NCBI RefSeq assembly: GCF_000018785.1
Contig: NC_010163.1
Span: 360,001-392,000 of the forward strand
Reading direction: 5' to 3'
Origin: Acholeplasma laidlawii PG-8A
Lineage (GTDB): Bacteria > Bacillota_I > Bacilli_A > Acholeplasmatales > Acholeplasmataceae
Length of the DNA stretch: 32,000 nucleotides
Under the pieces are notes generated by a model. It was not told where the DNA came from and searched no databases. It saw only the letters and a program-made list of their open reading frames with translations. Positions 25,196 to 32,000 of the stretch are shown one piece after another. Every line of letters starts with the position of its first letter. The stretch's first letter is position 1. Both the position numbers and the translations under genes were made by a program.

Positions 25196-28100
25196 TTATA
25201 GTTTAAGTGTGCGCTGTTTAAATTGATAACTTGCTTTTGCATCTTTTAGATCTTTTTGTAGTATTTTTCTTTCATGTATCTCAACTTTAGATGTAAAGGC
25301 TAGTAGTTTAGATTCATTATCTTTAATACTTAAATCTTTTTTAGTTTGAGCAGATTTTAACTCATCTGCATAGGATTGAATCTTTTTAAGTAATAAACTG
25401 TGCTTTTTTTGAATGGATTGCTCAAAGTTAGCAATTTTTTCTTTATTTAGTTCTATGAGTTTTACTTCAGCTTGAGTAAATCTCATGGATAACTGACCAT
25501 TCTTAAGTTTTGTACTTTCCTCAAGTGCTTTTAGATTTTTAGTTTTTAGTAACATTGCTTCATTATGCTTTAGGATGTTTTTATCATGTTGTAGTTTGAT
25601 CTTTTGAATTTGTTTGTCGAAATCATTATGCATTTGAAGGATAACGGATTTTAAATTGTCATCAATTAATAAAATTTCTTTATTCAAATTAGACTCTGTT
25701 GACATAATTTTAGATTCAGTAAGTGACATCAGTTTTTGTTGATTGATTAAGTCTTGTTCTTGACTCTTAAATTGAACAGTATTGATATTTTGAATAATTG
25801 TATCTTTTTCATCACTTAATAACTGTAGATGATGTTTGAAATCACTTGATAAATTTTTTAATTTGAGTTCAAACTCAAGCTGTTGTTTATCTAACTTTTT
25901 AAGCAGATGCTTTTGTTCAGTTAGAAAATCTTTTTTGGAAATATTTTGCTGAGCCATAAGTTTATCATAAAGACTTACACTACCCTTTAATAAGGATTGG
26001 TAAATAGCGTTAGAAGTCTTTTCAAAGTACTCTTCAATACGCGTGTATCCCTTTTGATATTCTTTAATGATATTGTCTGTTAAATAAAGTGGTTGATCAA
26101 GCTTGTTCGTAATTACGAGTACTTTTTCTTCATAAACCTTAAATAACTGAGTAATTTGCTTAATACCATGGATATAGAATAGTTTTTGTTTTAAGTATGA
26201 TTTGGTATCTGTTTGATTTTTAGATAGTGTGATACTACGTTTTTTATCAAGTTCACCAAGTAGACGATTCTTTCGTTTATTTAATAAATCAATTTGATTG
26301 TTATATTTAATGATGGATTTATCCAAAGTAGAAATTTCTGATTCAATGATATTTAGTTGTTTTGTTAAATCCTTTTTAGTCGATAAAGAAGCTTTTGGAT
26401 TATCAGAAGTTTCTATTTCATTTAATTCAAATTGAACTCTATCAACGTTAGAAGATAACACTAAAATTCTGTCTTCAATATCACTAATGATCTGGTTAGT
26501 AGAAGTAATGTCTAAGTCAATAGTTTTAATTTTAGCCATGTATTCAGATTCAAGTAAGTCATTATTGGTTTTTAGTTTTAATGCACTTAAATCGTTGATT
26601 TTAACTTCTTGGAATGTATTTAAATCAAGTAAGAATTGATCTTTTGCTTGTTCTTGAATGCTATTTAAATGTTTAAATACTTCAAGGTATAAATGTATAT
26701 ACTGTTTAACATCCTCAGGGTGTGCAGGGATTTCATATATTTGAATTAGAGACAACATGAAATGGTGATGAATATTATATATTAAGTAGATCTGATTGAA
26801 TAAGTAGTGAATTCTAGAATGAATTACCTCTAAATCTTTAGTAAGCATTTCATTGGTCATATCTACAAATTCTAAACGTTCCAAGAAGTGAATATTTGTT
26901 TCTTCAATTCTACGTTTATGTTTTAATATACTTTGTTCAATCACTCTTTTATCTGTTAGATAGTTATGATAACTATGTTCAGATTTCATTAAGTGTTGTA
27001 TCTCATTTTCATATAATGCTTTTTGTTTTAAGTAGATAAGTTCTTCACTAGATACTTGTTTTTGATAGGTATATTCAATATAGTCTTTTTTGAGTTGTTG
27101 GTTTGCTAGTTGTTGTTCTCTAATGACGTTTTCTTTATCAATAGAAAGTTGTAAAGACATATTAGATACACTTAAATCATGTTCTTTAGTTAAGTTTAGT
27201 ACTTCAAGTTCATGTTCCTTAGTGAGTTTAAACACAGTAAAATTATGGGTTAGACTATCTTCTTGATGTTGGTAGAAGTTTAAATGGTAATTGGTATCAT
27301 TGGATAGAAGATTCACATCTTTTTCAGATATAGCGTTTGCAACACTTAATTTTAAATCAAGTGGAGCTATTTGAGATAAGTGTGTAATATCTGTTTTTTC
27401 TAACTCAAATTCATAGGTTGATTTTAATGTTTTAAGTTGTAATTGAAGTGATTTGAGTTGATATTGATAGTTTTGTTCGTTCACATAGTTTTCTAATTTT
27501 TGATCTATAACAAACTTTTTGCCCTTAATACGCCAATTAGACTTATCTTCTAAGTATTTGAGTTCTAAGTCTTGTAGCTTTTGGTAATGTGCTTTTAATA
27601 GTGCATGAGACTCTTTTTCAGTACGAATGATTTGTCTGTTGAGTTCGGCATCTTGTTGACGTAGATGTCTTTTTACATCTTTTTTAAGTGCCTTGATAGC
27701 ATCTTCATTTTGTGTTTCTTTTAAGTCTTCTTTTAATTTTTGATTGCGGTCTAATCTATCGTTTGCAATGACATCTCTAAAAGAACTCAGTTTAGAGTTG
27801 ATAAGAGATAATGCATCACTATAAGTGATGGTTAACTCATCTTTTTTAGTATTAAAATTGGTTGTGATTACTTCGATTTTATTTTTATGTGCTTCAAGTT
27901 TTTCTTTATAAGTTTGTTCAACTTGAAGTTTTTGTGCCTCATAGTCTAATTTTAACTTATCTAAGGCATCTTCAATAGGAAGTCTATTTGCTTCATCACT
28001 TTGTTTAAGTTCTTTTAGATGATGTTCTTTTTCCTTTTTTAAAGTTTCAAGTGATTTATTAAATTCGATAGATGCAGCATGATAATCATTTTTAATAGAA

Positions 28101-28744
28101 AGATATTTTTTATCAGATTGTTCTCTATAAAAGTTTTTTATATGACTAATTTTACTTTTTTCTTTCTCGTAGTTTTTAGTTGCATCCTCAATTTCTAAAA
28201 GAAGTAGTGCTTGATTTGATTCGAAATTTTCTATAATTTTTTCAAATTCTTTTTTATAATTAGACTCTAATAATGTTATAGACTGAGCACTTTGCTTTTT
28301 TATGTCTACCATCACTTTAGAGATATCTGAAACTTCTTTAGAGCGAATGGAATGAGCCTTAGATTTACTTTCGTTAAATGCATGCTCAATATTTAATATA
28401 AGTGATTTTATACGTTCAACTTCTGTTTTAGTGTTATTTAAAATAGATTGATATTCTTCCTTAGAATTCATCTCTATCTGTGATACTTGAAGATCAATCT
28501 GGTTTGAAAAGTCATGAAGATTTAGTTCTAGGGTTTTAATTTTTTCATTAAAACGCACCTTAATTTCTTGGTGCGATTCATTTGTAGATTGTTCGGCCTT
28601 TTTATGTGCTTTATCAAATGTTAAAAACTCTCCTTTAATTTCAGAGAGTAATGATTTAAGCTGCGTCAATATTGATTTATAATTCTTATCTTTTTTAGCG
28701 AGTTCATCTAAAGCTAAATTAGATTCTTTTACAAATTCAAACAA
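25196..28744 (-). CDS. Large (1182 aa) cytoplasmic coiled-coil protein of unknown function
   Basis: Single uninterrupted minus-strand ORF. The TTG start at 28744 lies 6 nt after AGGTGA; the nearby ATG at 28748 is out of frame and runs into a stop after 3 codons. Composition is dominated by K, E, L, Q, N, I and S in heptad-like runs. I found no signal peptide, no TM segment and no Walker A (no GK[ST]). Confidence 0.8.
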   Translation of the reverse strand: MFEFVKESNLALDELAKKDKNYKSILTQLKSLLSEIKGEFLTFDKAHKKAEQSTNESHQEIKVRFNEKIKTLELNLHDFSNQIDLQVSQIEMNSKEEYQSILNNTKTEVERIKSLILNIEHAFNESKSKAHSIRSKEVSDISKVMVDIKKQSAQSITLLESNYKKEFEKIIENFESNQALLLLEIEDATKNYEKEKSKISHIKNFYREQSDKKYLSIKNDYHAASIEFNKSLETLKKEKEHHLKELKQSDEANRLPIEDALDKLKLDYEAQKLQVEQTYKEKLEAHKNKIEVITTNFNTKKDELTITYSDALSLINSKLSSFRDVIANDRLDRNQKLKEDLKETQNEDAIKALKKDVKRHLRQQDAELNRQIIRTEKESHALLKAHYQKLQDLELKYLEDKSNWRIKGKKFVIDQKLENYVNEQNYQYQLKSLQLQLKTLKSTYEFELEKTDITHLSQIAPLDLKLSVANAISEKDVNLLSNDTNYHLNFYQHQEDSLTHNFTVFKLTKEHELEVLNLTKEHDLSVSNMSLQLSIDKENVIREQQLANQQLKKDYIEYTYQKQVSSEELIYLKQKALYENEIQHLMKSEHSYHNYLTDKRVIEQSILKHKRRIEETNIHFLERLEFVDMTNEMLTKDLEVIHSRIHYLFNQIYLIYNIHHHFMLSLIQIYEIPAHPEDVKQYIHLYLEVFKHLNSIQEQAKDQFLLDLNTFQEVKINDLSALKLKTNNDLLESEYMAKIKTIDLDITSTNQIISDIEDRILVLSSNVDRVQFELNEIETSDNPKASLSTKKDLTKQLNIIESEISTLDKSIIKYNNQIDLLNKRKNRLLGELDKKRSITLSKNQTDTKSYLKQKLFYIHGIKQITQLFKVYEEKVLVITNKLDQPLYLTDNIIKEYQKGYTRIEEYFEKTSNAIYQSLLKGSVSLYDKLMAQQNISKKDFLTEQKHLLKKLDKQQLEFELKLKNLSSDFKHHLQLLSDEKDTIIQNINTVQFKSQEQDLINQQKLMSLTESKIMSTESNLNKEILLIDDNLKSVILQMHNDFDKQIQKIKLQHDKNILKHNEAMLLKTKNLKALEESTKLKNGQLSMRFTQAEVKLIELNKEKIANFEQSIQKKHSLLLKKIQSYADELKSAQTKKDLSIKDNESKLLAFTSKVEIHERKILQKDLKDAKASYQFKQRTLKL

Positions 28745-28765
28745 GCATTTTCACCTACCTAACTT

Positions 28766-28774
28766 ATTATATCA
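28766..28774 (-). promoter_or_regulatory. Extended -10 candidate (TGATATAAT on the minus strand) for the coiled-coil gene
   Basis: The reverse complement of 28766-28774 reads TGATATAAT. There is no convincing -35. It lies inside the palindrome at 28763-28781. Confidence 0.35.
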
Positions 28775-28947
28775 TAATAAGCATCTCTATTTTCTATTTT
28801 AAAGCCATTTTAGTGGCTGAGAGTTTAATTGGTTTTATCAAAAATAAACTGCAGATTAGGACTTACTAGTATGTTGTTATGAATTTATATATATAGCCAT
28901 AAAACAATGTAAAAAAGGCACATATTGGTCTAAAAAGTCCGTAAAAA

Positions 28948-28956
28948 TGTTATAAT
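28948..28956 (+). promoter_or_regulatory. Extended -10 candidate (TGTTATAAT) for ruvAB-queA
   Basis: TGTTATAAT lies about 34 nt upstream of the ruvA ATG. The -35 is weak. Confidence 0.4.
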
Positions 28957-28989
28957 TAAATTTAAAGATAATAAAGTTAGGTGAAATCT

Positions 28990-29550
28990 ATGTATCGATA
29001 CATTAAAGGTATAGTAACACAAATTAATCCACAACATATTGTTGTTGAAAATAATGGTGTGGGCTATTTAGTCTTAAGTCCAGTACCATATCAATATAAA
29101 ATTGGTGAAGAAACAACAGTAGTAACTTATTTACATGTAAGAGAGGATATTTTTCAACTTTATGGATTTAAAGATGAAGAAACTTTAAATCTATTTTTAA
29201 AACTTATAAGTGTATCTGGTATTGGTCCAAAATCTGCAATGAGTATTGTAGCATTTGATGATACAAATAAAATTATTGCAGCCATTGAAACATCAGATGC
29301 AAAATATTTAACTAAGTTTCCTGGTATTGGGATGAAGAGTGCTCAACAAATTATTTTAGACTTAAAAGGTAAACTGGTAAATGATGAACTAGATATGCAA
29401 CTTTTAAGTGATAACTCTAAGGATGTAGCTGCTGCATTAGAAGCATTAGGCTATAATAAAAAAGAGATTGCAAAATCATTAAAGCATGTTAATTTTGATC
29501 AAGACTTAAATAAAGCACTAAAAGAAGCACTTGCAATATTATTAAAGTAG
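28990..29550 (+). CDS. ruvA: Holliday junction DNA helicase subunit RuvA
   Basis: MYRYIKGIV is a typical RuvA N-terminus. HhH motifs are GIGPKSA and GIGMKSA. ATG 28990 lies 6 nt after AGGTGA. The track's GTG at 28981 falls within that SD. Confidence 0.92.
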   Translation: MYRYIKGIVTQINPQHIVVENNGVGYLVLSPVPYQYKIGEETTVVTYLHVREDIFQLYGFKDEETLNLFLKLISVSGIGPKSAMSIVAFDDTNKIIAAIETSDAKYLTKFPGIGMKSAQQIILDLKGKLVNDELDMQLLSDNSKDVAAALEALGYNKKEIAKSLKHVNFDQDLNKALKEALAILLK

Positions 29551-29559
29551 GTATGACAC

Positions 29560-30573
29560 ATGAGTGAAGAAAAATCAGTATTAAGAGATTTAAATTTAAA
29601 AAATGATGATGAATTGATGCTTCGTCCTCAAACCTTAAACCAATATATAGGGCAAGATGATATTAAAGAAATGTTATCTATTTATATTCAGGCAGCATTA
29701 AAACGTGAAGAAAGTTTAGATCACGTTTTACTTTATGGTGCACCGGGTTTAGGTAAGACAACACTTGCTCAAATTATCGCTAATGAGTTAGGTGTAGATA
29801 TCAAAATAACAAGTGGTCCAGCTATAGAAAAAACAGGTGACTTAGTAGCCCTTCTTTCTTCATTAAGTCCAGGAGATGTGTTATTTATTGATGAAATTCA
29901 CCGTATACCTCGTTTTGTTGAAGAGGTTCTTTATTCTGCAATGGAAGATTATACGCTTGATATTGTTCTAGATAAGGAAAGAGATTCTAGAAGTATTAGA
30001 ATCGAATTACCACCGTTTACACTCATTGGTGCAACCACTAGATTTGGTGATTTATCACACCCGTTAAGGGAACGATTTGGTGCTGTATTTAGATTAAGTT
30101 ATTACAAGTTAGAAGAAATCAAACAAATTGTAAGAAGAACTTCTAAAGTATATCAAAATGAAATTGATGAAAAAGCAGTAGATGAATTATCTAAGCGTAG
30201 TAGAGGTACACCTAGAATAGCAAACCGTCTATTTAGACGCGTAAGAGACTTTGCTGAAATTATGACAGATGCCGTGATAACACTAGATATTACACAGTTA
30301 GCATTGACCAAATTAGGCATTGATCATAAGGGTCTGGATGCATCAGACTATTTATATTTAAGAGGCATTGTAGAGCGATTTAATGGTGGTCCTGTTGGAC
30401 TTGAATCACTGGCTTCTACAATTGGTGAAGAACCAGGAACAATTGAAGATGTATATGAACCTTACTTGTTACAGGAAGGTTATATTAAACGTACACCAAG
30501 AGGTAGAGTTGCAACAGAACTTGCATACAACCTTTTAGGTGTGAAATATTATAAAGGATTATTAGACAATTGA
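29560..30573 (+). CDS. ruvB: Holliday junction DNA helicase RuvB
   Basis: Walker [12 protein letters not shown], Walker B LFIDEIHR, sensor GATTR. Confidence 0.97.
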   Translation: MSEEKSVLRDLNLKNDDELMLRPQTLNQYIGQDDIKEMLSIYIQAALKREESLDHVLLYGAPGLGKTTLAQIIANELGVDIKITSGPAIEKTGDLVALLSSLSPGDVLFIDEIHRIPRFVEEVLYSAMEDYTLDIVLDKERDSRSIRIELPPFTLIGATTRFGDLSHPLRERFGAVFRLSYYKLEEIKQIVRRTSKVYQNEIDEKAVDELSKRSRGTPRIANRLFRRVRDFAEIMTDAVITLDITQLALTKLGIDHKGLDASDYLYLRGIVERFNGGPVGLESLASTIGEEPGTIEDVYEPYLLQEGYIKRTPRGRVATELAYNLLGVKYYKGLLDN

Positions 30574-31589
30574 AATTAGAATTATTTGATTATGATTTAC
30601 CCAAATCACATATAGCGCAACATCCAAAAGATAAACGAGACCACTCAAAATTATTGGTTGTTGATAGAGAAAAACAAACAACAAAAGATTGTTTGTTTTA
30701 TGACATCTTAGATGAGTTAAGTAGCAATGATGTACTAGTTATGAATAACACAAAAGTTATCCCTGCAAGATTAATTGGTGAAAAGATCGATACGCATGCA
30801 GTCATTGAAGTTTTACTACTTAAAGAGTTAGAAAAAAACACTTGGGAAGCTTTAACGAAACCTGCCAAAAAAATTAAAATTGGTACTGTAGTAAGTTTTG
30901 GTGATGGTGCACTTAAAATGGAGTGTATTGGCATTAAAGATGAAGGTATTCGCATCTTTAAAGCAATCTATGAAGGTATATTTTTAGAAGTACTAGATGC
31001 TTTAGGTACCATGCCACTACCACCTTACATAACGGAAAAATTAGAAGATAAATCAAGATATCAAACTGTTTATGCAAAATATGCAGGATCTGCTGCAGCA
31101 CCTACTGCAGGACTCCATTTTACCAAAGAACTTTTAGAAAAGATTAAAGCCAAAGGTGTTCAAGTATTAGAAATTACACTCCATGTTGGTTTAGGTACAT
31201 TTAGACCAGTTCAAGTAGATGATGTATTAGAACATCAAATGCACTATGAAAGTTATGAGATAAACGAAGAGACTGCCCGATTATTAAACCAATATAAAAA
31301 AGAAGGTAAAAGAATTATCGCAGTTGGTACAACCACTGTAAGAACACTAGAATCTAACTATAATGATGGATTCCATGCAGGTAATTACTCAACCAACATC
31401 TTTATTTATCCGGGATATCAATTTAAGATCATTGGTGCGATTATCACTAATTTCCATTTACCAAAATCAACGCTCATCATGTTGATTTCAGCATTCTATA
31501 ATAGAGAAAAAGTGCTTGAAGTCTATGAAGACGCAGTGAAAAAAAACTACCGCTTTTTCTCATTTGGCGATAGTATGTTTATTAAATAA
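30570..31589 (+). CDS. queA: S-adenosylmethionine:tRNA ribosyltransferase-isomerase QueA
   Basis: [35 protein letters not shown] and [11 protein letters not shown] motifs. The TTG start overlaps the ruvB stop (TTGA at 30570-30573). Confidence 0.93.
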   Translation: MKLELFDYDLPKSHIAQHPKDKRDHSKLLVVDREKQTTKDCLFYDILDELSSNDVLVMNNTKVIPARLIGEKIDTHAVIEVLLLKELEKNTWEALTKPAKKIKIGTVVSFGDGALKMECIGIKDEGIRIFKAIYEGIFLEVLDALGTMPLPPYITEKLEDKSRYQTVYAKYAGSAAAPTAGLHFTKELLEKIKAKGVQVLEITLHVGLGTFRPVQVDDVLEHQMHYESYEINEETARLLNQYKKEGKRIIAVGTTTVRTLESNYNDGFHAGNYSTNIFIYPGYQFKIIGAIITNFHLPKSTLIMLISAFYNREKVLEVYEDAVKKNYRFFSFGDSMFIK

Positions 31590-32000
31590 TATATAAAGTA
31601 ATTGAAACTAGACCAACTGTTAAAGCATATAGAGAAAACCAAATTAAATTTTTAACAGTGACATATTTGTGCATGATCTTTATAGTTAATAACGAGAAGA
31701 TAAAACTAAATATAAAAGCAAGACTAAATCCTGGGATATCACTCATTGTTCCAGGATTTTTTATTGCATCATATAATCCTAGACCTGAAACAGGTATACT
31801 AATAAGTAAATAACATAGAAATGAAAAACGCATAACTTTTTTGATTTCAATTTTTTGACTCAAACCACCCACTAAGGTAATACCTGATCTACTAATACCT
31901 GGGAATACTGCAAACATTTGAATTAAACCAATCACACCGGCATTTTTAAATGTAATATCATTTGAAAACTTTTTGTTTCTTAAAAGGAAAACTAAGAATA
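31582..32000 (-). CDS. uppP: Undecaprenyl-diphosphatase UppP/BacA, C-terminal part (5' end lies outside the window)
   Basis: The minus-strand frame stays open to the window edge: ...[42 protein letters not shown]. This contains the UppP motif PGxSRSGxT. Several TM helices follow. Confidence 0.85.
   Translation of the reverse strand, partial: FLVFLLRNKKFSNDITFKNAGVIGLIQMFAVFPGISRSGITLVGGLSQKIEIKKVMRFSFLCYLLISIPVSGLGLYDAIKNPGTMSDIPGFSLAFIFSFIFSLLTIKIMHKYVTVKNLIWFSLYALTVGLVSITLYII

Noticed and set aside
27171-27236. Tandem duplication within the coiled-coil gene (LTKEHELEVLN / LTKEHDLSVSN).
   Set aside because: There are only two imperfect copies of about 33 nt. This is consistent with local duplication in low-complexity coiled-coil sequence, not a repeat array or a phase-variable tract.
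25196-28744. The large coiled-coil protein could be an SMC, RecN, Rad50 or MukB-type chromosome ATPase.
   Set aside because: The translation contains no GxxxxGK[ST] Walker A, no signature or Walker B-like head motifs at either end, and no recognisable hinge. I called it only as a coiled-coil protein of unknown function.
28749-28985. Inverted copies of AAGTTAGGT(AGGT)GAAA flanking the divergent intergenic region between the coiled-coil gene and ruvA.
   Set aside because: Both copies are simply the Shine-Dalgarno context (AGGTGA) of the two divergent genes. The similarity is short and is explained by RBS consensus rather than by a mobile-element terminal repeat.
1-32000. Mycoplasma/Spiroplasma genetic code (TGA read as Trp).
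   Set aside because: TGA ends several full-length conserved genes, for example the first U32 gene at 1108-1110, ruvB at 30571-30573, dnaI and radC. Conserved proteins need no TGA read-through. The standard code 11 fits.
1-32000. CRISPR arrays, transposases, integrases, prophage genes, tRNA or rRNA genes.
   Set aside because: I saw no regularly spaced direct repeats. No ORF shows DDE, tyrosine-recombinase or serine-recombinase features. No intergenic region is long or structured enough for a tRNA or rRNA gene. The intergenic regions are explained by promoters, terminators and two leader RNAs.

Overview
AT-rich chromosomal segment that uses the standard genetic code: TGA terminates several full-length genes and Trp is TGG. 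Gene content and order resemble low-GC Firmicutes or Acholeplasma-like Mollicutes; this lineage call is an inference from content only. About 35 genes are packed tightly, almost all on the + strand. Most of the window consists of four housekeeping blocks that keep Bacillus-type synteny: (1) U32 pair, tpx, ftsY-ylxM-ffh; (2) polA, mutM::coaE, dnaB(DnaD-type), dnaI, T-box, thrS; (3) L21 leader, rplU, prp, rpmA, obg; (4) ruvA, ruvB, queA, converging on uppP. I found no CRISPR array, transposase, integrase, tRNA or rRNA gene. Three lineage-specific inserts sit between the conserved blocks and are the most interesting part. (a) 14166-19349 is a five-gene operon bracketed by terminators. It encodes an ABC ATPase, an ABC-2 permease, a cysteine-free Mrp/ParA-type ATPase, an HxxxD acyltransferase-like protein and a zinc-ribbon polytopic membrane protein. 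(b) 23660-25106 holds two orphan lipoproteins. (c) 25196-28744 is a lone minus-strand gene for a 1182-aa coiled-coil protein with no recognisable enzymatic motif. Other notable points are an in-frame Fpg/MutM::dephospho-CoA-kinase fusion, a cysteine-free DnaI, several TTG starts and a few regulatory palindromes. All functional calls rest on motifs read by eye from the supplied translations. No database search was run.
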